Shown here in pieces: positions 46,333 to 53,511 of a DNA stretch of 64,000 bases. Numbering within the stretch: the first letter of the stretch is position 1; every line of letters starts with the position of its first letter. A program made the translations under genes and the position numbers. The stretch spans positions 719 to 64,718 of the forward strand of contig JAZKYE010000060.1 in the NCBI GenBank assembly GCA_045611965.1, in the 5' to 3' direction. A model generated the notes under the pieces. That model did not search any database. It worked only from the letters and a program-made list of their open reading frames with translations, and had not been told where the DNA came from. The stretch is from Eubacteriales bacterium (GTDB lineage: Bacteria; Bacillota; Clostridia; Oscillospirales; CAG-272).

Positions 46333-46361
46333 AGTATAGCATAGCAAATTTCGTTTGTCAA
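46333..46361 (-). promoter_or_regulatory. sigma-A type promoter of the helicase/AAA/VWA operon
   Basis: On the minus strand: TTGACA (46361-46356), 17-nt spacer, TATACT (46338-46333). This gives a leader of about 95 nt. Confidence 0.5.
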
Positions 46362-46466
46362 GGCGATTTTGTCTCATTTTTTGAGCCATTTCGCGCGGTG
46401 GTGAAGCTTTGGTGAGATAGGCTCATTTTTTGATACAAAATCACAGTAAAAAAATTAAAATAGGGG

Positions 46467-46495
46467 TTGACTTTTCAGGCCTTGGGGTGTATAAT
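46467..46495 (+). promoter_or_regulatory. sigma-A type promoter of feoAB
   Basis: TTGACT (46467-46472), 17-nt spacer ending in TG, TATAAT (46490-46495). Confidence 0.55.
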
Positions 46496-46502
46496 TTGTA
46501 TG

Positions 46503-46522
46503 TAGTTAGCAGAGGCTAACTA
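46503..46522 (+). promoter_or_regulatory. inverted-repeat operator candidate overlapping the feoAB transcription start
   Basis: TAGTTAGC (46503-46510), then AGAG, then GCTAACTA (46515-46522): perfect 8-bp arms immediately downstream of the -10 box. The GTTAGC/GCTAAC half-sites are reminiscent of DtxR/IdeR-type boxes, but the spacing differs. Confidence 0.45.
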
Positions 46523-46551
46523 ACAATGTCAACGCAAAAAGGGGGAGCGAT

Positions 46552-46776
46552 ATGACGCTCTACGACTGTGATTTAGGTCACGAGGTGACGGTTTTATCGG
46601 TGAGCACGGGGGATGCTGAGCTCGAACAGTTTTTATTTTCTCTCGGGCTGTATAGCGGTGAGCCCGTTTCGGTAACCGCAAGACGGCGCGGCGGCTGTAC
46701 GGTTGCTATAAAGGATGCAAAATACAGCATTGACAAGGCGCTGGCGAATGCAATTGAGGTTGAGAATATATATTAA
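46552..46776 (+). CDS. feoA: FeoA family protein
   Basis: 74 aa, SH3-like FeoA pattern (L..l..G....V..v....), directly upstream of feoB. Confidence 0.85.
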   Translation: MTLYDCDLGHEVTVLSVSTGDAELEQFLFSLGLYSGEPVSVTARRRGGCTVAIKDAKYSIDKALANAIEVENIY

Positions 46777-46807
46777 GCTAAATGCTTTTTGGACAGGAGA
46801 ATAACAA

Positions 46808-48847
46808 GTGAGAATTGCACTTGCGGGAAACCCTAACAGCGGCAAGACCACTATGTATAATGCCTTAACGGGCAGAAATGAGAAGGTCGGAAACTGGGCG
46901 GGTGTTACCGTCGAAAAAATAGAGCACTCGGTAAGGGCGCGTTACGCAGGGGATAATCAGATAATTGCTGTTGACCTGCCCGGCGCATACTCAATGTCAC
47001 CCTTTACCTCTGAAGAGAGTGTGGCGAGCGAATACGTCAGGGGCGAGCATCCCGACGTTATTATTAATATTGTTGACGCGACTAATCTTTCGCGTAGCCT
47101 CTTTTTTACAACACAGCTTCTTGAGCTTGGAATACCCGTCGTGGTTGCGCTTAACAAAACCGACGCATCAACAAAGCGCAGAAGCAAAATAGATACCCAG
47201 GCACTCTCTGCGCGCCTCGGATGCCCCGTATTTGAAACGGTGTCAACTACCGCTAAGGGACTCGTTGATCTTATGTGTGCCGCAGTACAGCTTCAGGGCT
47301 GTGAGCAGAGCGCGCCTTATCACGGTGCTGACGGATATAGCGAGGATAAGGAAGCGGCAGAGGCGGCTGACCGCCAAAGATTTGAGTTTGTCAAGGACAT
47401 AGTCCTTGCGGTGCAGACGAAGGAAGACCCAAAGGATTTGTATAGCGCGCAGGATAAGCTTGACGCTATTCTTATGGATAGCCGCATCGGACTTCCGATT
47501 TTTGCTGTGGTTATGTTCCTTGTGTTTTTGATTTCACAATGGGAATTCGGACCTGGCGTTCTGCTTGCAAATCTTCTCGTCGGCTGGCTTGAGTCGGGGC
47601 AGGAGTTAATTGCCACGGCTATCAATTCTGACGGAATTTTTGCATCTATTCTCGTTGACGGTATCATAGGCGGCTTTATTGCCATAGTGGGCTTTTTGCC
47701 GCTGGTTATGGTTATGTATTTCCTCATCGCGCTTCTTGAAGAGTGCGGATATATGGCGCGCGCGACGGTCGTGCTTGACCCGATTTTCAAGCGTGTCGGA
47801 CTTTCGGGAAAATCGGTTATTCCCTTCGTTATCGGTACTGGCTGTGCAGTCCCCGGTGTTATGGCTTGTCGCACCATACGCGACGAGCGCGAGAAAAGAA
47901 CGACGGCAATGTTAGCGCCCTTTATGCCCTGCGGTGCAAAGCTGCCCGTTATAGCGCTCTTTGCAGGTGTATTCTTCGGTGACTCTGCGTGGGTTGGCGC
48001 GCTTATGTACTTTGTCGGAATTTTGATTATATTACTTGCCGCTATGCTGATAAACGCGCTTAACGGCTACCGCCCCAGAGGCTCGTTCTTCATTATCGAG
48101 CTTCCCGATTATAAAGCGCCCTCGCTCGGCAAGGCACTCAAAACCACAGCTCAGCGCGGCTGGTCCTTCGTTGTAAAGGCAGGTACGGTAATTCTTCTTT
48201 GTAACTTTATCGTTCACGTTATGCAGAACTTCGGATGGACTCTTTCGCCCGTTGACAACCCTGATGACTCTATACTTGCCTATGTGGCAAGACCGTTTGC
48301 ATACATATTCGCGCCGGTTGTCGGCTTCGTTTCGTGGCAGCTTGCGGCAGCGTCGATTACGGGCTTTATCGCAAAGGAAAACGTCGTCGGCACTCTTGCG
48401 GTGTGCTTCGGCATCACCAATCTTCTCAGCGCAGATACTCTTGCTATTGAGAGCGGGGCTGAGGTCAGTAAGATAGCGCTCGCATTCGGTACGGGAAGTG
48501 GCGGTGCGATGCTTTCGGCAACCGCGCTTGCGTTCCTTATGTTTAATCTCTTTACGCCACCCTGCTTTGCGGCAATAGGCGCTATGAACTCTGAAATCAA
48601 GAGCAAAAGGGTACTCTTTTCGGCTGTCGGACTTCAGTTCTCGGTAGGCTATTCGTTAGGATTCCTTGTGAATTTCTTCGGCTCACTCTTTACTGACGGA
48701 CTTCGTGGCGAGAGTTGGACCTATATCGTCGGCTGGATAGCAGTTCTTGTAATAGCCGCAATATATGCGACAGCGATACTTATCAAAAGGCGCGAAGCGC
48801 GCAGGGGCGAAAGCAACGATACGAAGCCACTTGTGACGGCGGCGTGA
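46808..48847 (+). CDS. feoB: ferrous iron transporter B
   Basis: N-terminal G-domain IALAGNPNSGKTTMYNALTG, DLPGAYS, NKTD, followed by a polytopic membrane domain. Confidence 0.95.
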   Translation: MRIALAGNPNSGKTTMYNALTGRNEKVGNWAGVTVEKIEHSVRARYAGDNQIIAVDLPGAYSMSPFTSEESVASEYVRGEHPDVIINIVDATNLSRSLFFTTQLLELGIPVVVALNKTDASTKRRSKIDTQALSARLGCPVFETVSTTAKGLVDLMCAAVQLQGCEQSAPYHGADGYSEDKEAAEAADRQRFEFVKDIVLAVQTKEDPKDLYSAQDKLDAILMDSRIGLPIFAVVMFLVFLISQWEFGPGVLLANLLVGWLESGQELIATAINSDGIFASILVDGIIGGFIAIVGFLPLVMVMYFLIALLEECGYMARATVVLDPIFKRVGLSGKSVIPFVIGTGCAVPGVMACRTIRDEREKRTTAMLAPFMPCGAKLPVIALFAGVFFGDSAWVGALMYFVGILIILLAAMLINALNGYRPRGSFFIIELPDYKAPSLGKALKTTAQRGWSFVVKAGTVILLCNFIVHVMQNFGWTLSPVDNPDDSILAYVARPFAYIFAPVVGFVSWQLAAASITGFIAKENVVGTLAVCFGITNLLSADTLAIESGAEVSKIALAFGTGSGGAMLSATALAFLMFNLFTPPCFAAIGAMNSEIKSKRVLFSAVGLQFSVGYSLGFLVNFFGSLFTDGLRGESWTYIVGWIAVLVIAAIYATAILIKRREARRGESNDTKPLVTAA

Positions 48848-48857
48848 GGTAGAGCAT

Positions 48858-49034
48858 ATGGGGTCTGCTGAAATTATAGCCGCCATCCTTATCGTCCTCA
48901 TAGTCGGCGCATCGGTGTTCTATATAGTAAAACAAAAAAAGCGTGGCAAAGGGTGCATTGGTTGCCCCTACGCGGGCACCTGCGGCAAACAAAACGACTG
49001 TGAGTGCGCGGAAAATAAAAAACAATCCCCATAA
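48858..49034 (+). CDS. FeoB-associated Cys-rich small membrane protein (58 aa)
   Basis: ATG at 48858 lies 8 nt after the feoB stop, with GAGGTAGAG upstream. One TM segment (IIAAILIVLIVGASVFYIV) is followed by KKRGKGCIGCPYAGTCGKQNDCEC. It falls below the 60-aa cutoff of the ORF track. Confidence 0.7.
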   Translation: MGSAEIIAAILIVLIVGASVFYIVKQKKRGKGCIGCPYAGTCGKQNDCECAENKKQSP

Positions 49035-49084
49035 AATGCTTTCGGGGTGCGGGACGCTTTGGCTTCAAAGCGCCCCGCTTTTTT
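49027..49084 (+). repeat. 58-bp direct repeat, copy 1 (contains the feo operon terminator)
   Basis: ccccataaaatgctttcggggtgcgggacgctttggcttcaaagcgccccgctttttt is identical to 50720-50777. It contains the hairpin gcgggacgctttg (49049-49061) / caaagcgccccgc (49066-49078) plus T6. Confidence 0.9.
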
Positions 49085-49109
49085 CACGTCGTGTTATTCC
49101 TCTGAAAAA

Positions 49110-49149
49110 ATGAGGGTATAAGTAACGCATAGTTTACTTATACCCTCAT
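49110..49149. terminator. bidirectional terminator (16-bp perfect stem) downstream of the XRE gene
   Basis: atgagggtataagtaa (49110-49125) pairs perfectly with ttacttataccctcat (49134-49149). An A-run lies before it and a T-run after it. Confidence 0.6.
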
Positions 49150-49171
49150 TTTTATTAAATTTTGATATCTT

Positions 49172-49444
49172 TTAAAGTAGTTTAAGTGTGTCGAGTTGTT
49201 TTTGAATGCTGTCAATTAATGCGGCGCGTTTTTTGCTTGTTCCTACGTCAGTGTCGGTGCGTCCCAAAAGATAATCAATGGATACCTCAAAAAAATCCGC
49301 AAGACGAATAAGAGCATATGCATCGGGCAAGGTTTTGCCTGTTTCATAATTGGATATTGTCCTCTGGTCGATGCCCGTAGCGGCTGAAAGATCGCTTTGT
49401 CTTAAATCCCTGTCCTCGCGTAAATCCTTAATTCTATTCTTCAT
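49172..49444 (-). CDS. XRE-family helix-turn-helix transcriptional regulator
   Basis: LREDRDLRQSDLSAATGIDQRTISNYETGKTLPDAYALIRLADFFEVSIDYLLGR is a canonical Cro/C1-type HTH. 90 aa. Confidence 0.85.
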   Translation of the reverse strand: MKNRIKDLREDRDLRQSDLSAATGIDQRTISNYETGKTLPDAYALIRLADFFEVSIDYLLGRTDTDVGTSKKRAALIDSIQKQLDTLKLL

Positions 49445-49477
49445 ACTTCACCCCAAAGATTAGTATATACCCTAAAT

Positions 49478-49500
49478 CATACCACGAAATTAGTAAAAAC
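49478..49500 (+). promoter_or_regulatory. 23-bp operator-like repeat, copy A
   Basis: cataccacgaaattagtaaaaac matches 49538-49560 at 19 of 23 positions. It sits immediately upstream of the -35 box of the LRR gene promoter. Confidence 0.4.
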
Positions 49501-49502
49501 TA

Positions 49503-49531
49503 TTGACAAACCAAATAAATGCATATATAAT
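49503..49531 (+). promoter_or_regulatory. sigma-A type promoter of the LRR lipoprotein gene
   Basis: TTGACA (49503-49508), 17-nt spacer, TATAAT (49526-49531). Confidence 0.55.
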
Positions 49532-49537
49532 ATAAAC

Positions 49538-49560
49538 CATACCAAAATATTGGTAAAAAC
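49538..49560 (+). promoter_or_regulatory. 23-bp operator-like repeat, copy B
   Basis: cataccaaaatattggtaaaaac lies just downstream of the -10 box, exactly 60 bp from copy A. Confidence 0.4.
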
Positions 49561-49597
49561 AATTTTGTATTCGGTCGAGTTCTGAAAGAGGTGTAAA

Positions 49598-50716
49598 ATG
49601 AAGAAATCAATTTATCTATTTATCGCATTGATGCTAATAGTTTGTGCTGTCGTGCTTTGCTCGTGCGACCAAAACGATGAAGCAGGTGTTAGAAACGAGG
49701 GTAAGTTTGAATACAGACTGTCGGTTGATGAAACTTATTATATTTTAACTGCCAATAAGAATAAGGATGCAACAAGTGTGGTTATTGAAAGCTCACACAA
49801 AGGTTTGCCTGTAAAAACTATAGCATCAAAAGCATTCGTTGGTTGCATGTCATTGAAAAGTATAATTATTCCAGATAATATAACAACTATAGAAAAAGGT
49901 GCATTTATAGGATGCCCCGTTCTTGAGGAAATCACGCTTCCATATGTTATTGGACAAAAAGAGGGGCAATCGTATTTCGGATATTTGTTTTCTCTTGAAC
50001 AGTATCCGGGGAATAGTTATGTTCCAAGCACATTAACAAAAGTAACCATTACAAGCGGTGAAAAAATAACGAATGGTGTTTTTTCTAATTGTGAGAGCAT
50101 TACTGAAATTGTACTTCCAAATACTATTACAAGAATAGATAGTGGGGCATTTCATCACAGCGATAAACTGACTACTATTAATATTCCGGGTAGCGTTACG
50201 TATATAGATAGGTATGCATTCGAAGGTTGTGAGGCTTTGGAAAAGGTTGTTATAGAGGACTTGGCAAAATGGTGTCACATAGGTTTCAATGAAAGCACTT
50301 CAAATCCGCTCAAATACGGCAAACTGTATCTGGATTATGACGGAGAGTACCAGAAAAATGTTATAATTCCGTCTGGTGCTACTAAAATTAATTCCTATGC
50401 TTTTTATGGTTGCGATACCATTGAAACTGTGGTTATTCCAAATACCGTAGAGCAAATAGGAGCTTATATTTTTAGTGAGTGTACATCGCTTTCAAAAGTT
50501 ACTATTCCTGCGAGTGCTAATTATATAGCAAAACGCGCATTTTATAATTGCGAGAATTTGACTGATGTTGTGTTTGAGAATGTAAACGGCTGGACAAGGA
50601 CTTATTTGGGCAGTTATAAAAAGGATTTTTCTGCAGAGGAGCTTTCTGTATCTATGATCGCAGCGAAGTATCTGAAGAAAACATATGTTGATATAGCTTG
50701 GAATAGAGGTGAATAA
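49598..50716 (+). CDS. BspA-type leucine-rich repeat (LRR_5-like) lipoprotein
   Basis: Signal peptide plus lipobox-like VLCSC. Repeats of about 23 aa follow, of the form IPxxVxxIxxxAFxxCxxLxxI. Confidence 0.8.
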   Translation: MKKSIYLFIALMLIVCAVVLCSCDQNDEAGVRNEGKFEYRLSVDETYYILTANKNKDATSVVIESSHKGLPVKTIASKAFVGCMSLKSIIIPDNITTIEKGAFIGCPVLEEITLPYVIGQKEGQSYFGYLFSLEQYPGNSYVPSTLTKVTITSGEKITNGVFSNCESITEIVLPNTITRIDSGAFHHSDKLTTINIPGSVTYIDRYAFEGCEALEKVVIEDLAKWCHIGFNESTSNPLKYGKLYLDYDGEYQKNVIIPSGATKINSYAFYGCDTIETVVIPNTVEQIGAYIFSECTSLSKVTIPASANYIAKRAFYNCENLTDVVFENVNGWTRTYLGSYKKDFSAEELSVSMIAAKYLKKTYVDIAWNRGE

Positions 50717-50719
50717 ATA

Positions 50720-50777
50720 CCCCATAAAATGCTTTCGGGGTGCGGGACGCTTTGGCTTCAAAGCGCCCCGCTTTTTT
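50720..50777 (+). repeat. 58-bp direct repeat, copy 2 (terminator duplicate)
   Basis: Identical to 49027-49084. It begins 3 nt after the LRR lipoprotein stop codon. Confidence 0.9.
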
Positions 50778-50837
50778 ATCGCCTTTTTAGTCCGCTATTT
50801 TTATTTTCTCTTTTGCCTTTCTTTTATTGATATCTTC

Positions 50838-50866
50838 TTGCACTATCGTTAAATCTATGCTAAAAT
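50838..50866 (+). promoter_or_regulatory. sigma-A type promoter of fumC-malic enzyme
   Basis: TTGCAC (50838-50843), 17-nt spacer, TAAAAT (50861-50866). Confidence 0.45.
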
Positions 50867-50897
50867 ATATAGGTAAAATATATTTATGGAGATGGAT

Positions 50898-52268
50898 ATG
50901 GAATATCGTATTGAGCGTGACTCGATGGGTGAGGTTGAGGTTGACAGCCTTCGTCTTTGGGGTGCACAAACACAGAGAAGCCTTAATAATTTCAAAATAG
51001 GAAGCGATAAGATTCCGCGCGAGGTAATAGAGGCGCTTTTGAAGATAAAGCTCGCCTCTGCCAGAGTAAACGCAAGGCTCTTGCCTACGCGAATGACGCA
51101 GGAAAAGCTAGCGGCTATCGAGGATGCGGTGACGCGACTTCTTGGCGGCAAGTACTTTGATGAATTTCCGCTTTCGGTATATCAGACGGGAAGCGGCACT
51201 CAAACGAATATGAACGTAAACGAGGTCGTTGCAAACCTCGCAAACTTCAAGGTCGGCAAGACGCTGTTACATCCGAATGACGACGTCAATATGTCGCAGT
51301 CCTCAAACGACGTATTTCCGTCGGCTATGCACATAGCGGCAAGGGATATAATTGAGGGCGACCTTTCATTATCAATATATATGCTCACCCTTGCGTTTGC
51401 CGCGCTTGAACGCAAGGCAGAGGGTGTGGTTAAATGCGGAAGAACACATCTTCAGGATGCAACCCCGATAACCTTTTCACAGCAGGTGAGCGGATGGCGC
51501 GCAACTCTTGAGCGTGACTGCGAAATGCTCAAATGTGCGGCGAGTCGGCTCTCGGTGCTTGCGCTCGGTGGCACGGCTGTCGGTACGGGACTTAACGCGC
51601 CGTCCGGCTTTGACAGGGCGGTAGCAGACGAGCTCTCGCGCATCACGGGCAAGGAATATGTGCCTGACGAAAACAAGTTTCATGCGCTTTCGGCAAAGAG
51701 CGAGATATGCTTTGCACACGGCGCGATAAAAACGCTTGCTTGTGACCTCGTCAAGATAGCAAACGATATAAGATGGCTTGCATCAGGACCGAGAACGGGG
51801 CTTGGCGAGATAACGCTTCCGTCAAATGAGCCCGGCTCGTCTATTATGCCGGGCAAGGTAAATCCCACGCAATGCGAGGCTATGACTATGGTGTGCGCGC
51901 GCGTCATCGGCAACGATGCGACGGTTAGCTTCGGTGCATCGCAGGGCAACTTTGAGCTTAACGTTTATATGCCCGTTATTATATATTCGTTTATGAATTC
52001 GGCAAGGCTTCTTTGCGATGCTATTCGTTCCTTTGCGGAAAATTGCGTCATCGGAATTGAGGTTAATGTCGATAAAATGAAAGCAAATCTTTACAATTCG
52101 CTTATGACAGCTACTGCGCTTACACCCTTTATAGGCTATGATAACACCGCGGCGGCAGTTCATCTTGCACACGAAAAAAATATTACATTAAAAGAGGCGG
52201 TGCTATTACTCGGCTTTATGAGCGGTGATGAATTTGATGAGCACTACCATCCTGAAAAGATGGTGTAA
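50898..52268 (+). CDS. fumC: class II fumarate hydratase
   Basis: YRIERDSMGEVEVDSLRLWGAQTQRSLNNFKIG and the signature GSSIMPGKVNPTQCE. The ATG at 50898 follows GGAG (50888-50891). In-frame ATGs at 50886 and 50892 are alternative starts. Confidence 0.9.
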   Translation: MEYRIERDSMGEVEVDSLRLWGAQTQRSLNNFKIGSDKIPREVIEALLKIKLASARVNARLLPTRMTQEKLAAIEDAVTRLLGGKYFDEFPLSVYQTGSGTQTNMNVNEVVANLANFKVGKTLLHPNDDVNMSQSSNDVFPSAMHIAARDIIEGDLSLSIYMLTLAFAALERKAEGVVKCGRTHLQDATPITFSQQVSGWRATLERDCEMLKCAASRLSVLALGGTAVGTGLNAPSGFDRAVADELSRITGKEYVPDENKFHALSAKSEICFAHGAIKTLACDLVKIANDIRWLASGPRTGLGEITLPSNEPGSSIMPGKVNPTQCEAMTMVCARVIGNDATVSFGASQGNFELNVYMPVIIYSFMNSARLLCDAIRSFAENCVIGIEVNVDKMKANLYNSLMTATALTPFIGYDNTAAAVHLAHEKNITLKEAVLLLGFMSGDEFDEHYHPEKMV

Positions 52269-52279
52269 GGAGAAGATGT

Positions 52280-53467
52280 ATGTCTGAAAGGAAAAACGGT
52301 ATGTCTATAAGAGAGGATTCACTTTATAAGCATTACGAGTGGCGCGGAAAGATAGAGGTAGTATCTCGCGTCAAAATAGAAAGCAAAGAGGATTTGTCGC
52401 TTGCCTATACCCCCGGCGTTGCAGAGCCCTGCCTTGCTATTGCAGACGACCCTGAACGCGCATATATGCTAACGAGAAGAAAAAATCTCGTCGCGGTTAT
52501 CACCGACGGCTCTGCGGTGCTCGGACTTGGTGATATCGGCCCGTCTGCAGGTATGCCCGTTATGGAAGGCAAGTGCGTGCTTTTCAAGGAATTTGCTGGG
52601 GTTGACGCATTCCCTATCTGCATCGGCACGAAGGACGTTGACGAGATAGTAAGAACTGTAGAGCTTATTTCGGCAAGCTTTGGCGGAATAAACCTTGAGG
52701 ATATTGCGGCACCGAGATGCTTCGAGATTGAGCGCAGGCTTAAGGCTGTGTGCGATATACCCGTATTCCACGATGACCAGCACGGCACGGCTATCGTGCT
52801 TGGCGCGGCGCTTATTAACGCGCTTAAGGTTGTCGGAAAGTCGCTTTCAGCCGTCAGAATAGTAATTAACGGCGCAGGCGCGGCAGGCACAGCTATCGCA
52901 AAGCATCTTATCTCGCTTGGATGCACAAGCATTGTGATGGTTGACCGCTTCGGCATTATCTGTGAGGGCGATGCGACGCTTTCCCCAGCGCACAGAGAGC
53001 TTGCTGAAATAACCAACAAAGAGCACATACGCGGCACACTTGCTGAGGCTATGGCTGGGGCTGATGTGTTTATCGGTGTCAGTGCCCCTGGCATTGTTTC
53101 GCAGGATATGATAAGGTCTATGGCAAGGGATGCCGTAGTTTTCCCGATGGCAAATCCCACGCCTGAGATTATGCCAGACGAGGCACTTGCGGCAGGTGCT
53201 AAAATCGTAGGCACGGGACGCTCGGACTTCCCGAATCAGATAAATAATCTTCTCGCATTCCCAGGTATATTCCGCGGTGCGCTCGACTGTATGGCATCCG
53301 ATATTAACGAGCCGATGAAGCGCGCGGCAACTATGGCACTTGCCGAGTATGTAGGCGAGGTGTCGGAAACCAATATAATACCCTCACCGCTTGACAAGGG
53401 GGTTGCCTATGCGGTAAGCGCGGCGGTTATAGAGGCGGCGCGCAAATCGGGCGTGGCGAGAGGCTGA
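52280..53467 (+). CDS. NAD(P)-dependent malic enzyme (short, MaeB-type without PTA domain)
   Basis: LAYTPGVAEPC, VAVITDGSAVLGLGDIGP, FGGINLEDI, VFHDDQHGTAIV, NGAGAAG. Confidence 0.9.
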   Translation: MSERKNGMSIREDSLYKHYEWRGKIEVVSRVKIESKEDLSLAYTPGVAEPCLAIADDPERAYMLTRRKNLVAVITDGSAVLGLGDIGPSAGMPVMEGKCVLFKEFAGVDAFPICIGTKDVDEIVRTVELISASFGGINLEDIAAPRCFEIERRLKAVCDIPVFHDDQHGTAIVLGAALINALKVVGKSLSAVRIVINGAGAAGTAIAKHLISLGCTSIVMVDRFGIICEGDATLSPAHRELAEITNKEHIRGTLAEAMAGADVFIGVSAPGIVSQDMIRSMARDAVVFPMANPTPEIMPDEALAAGAKIVGTGRSDFPNQINNLLAFPGIFRGALDCMASDINEPMKRAATMALAEYVGEVSETNIIPSPLDKGVAYAVSAAVIEAARKSGVARG

Positions 53468-53511
53468 CGAGCCATAAAGCAGATCAAAGGAAACAGAAAG
53501 GGGATAGGGCT

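Larger units (their letters stand above)
49027..50777. mobile_element. putative inserted AT-rich cassette (XRE regulator + LRR lipoprotein) bounded by the 58-bp direct repeats
   Basis: Perfect 58-bp direct repeats sit 1693 bp apart. The interior is clearly more AT-rich than the flanks. There is no recombinase gene inside. Confidence 0.35.

Noticed and set aside
52405-53214. 269-aa minus-strand ORF antisense to the malic enzyme gene
   Set aside because: It is a shadow ORF of a strongly supported CDS. The Ser/Ala/Pro/Ile-rich sequence has no motifs.
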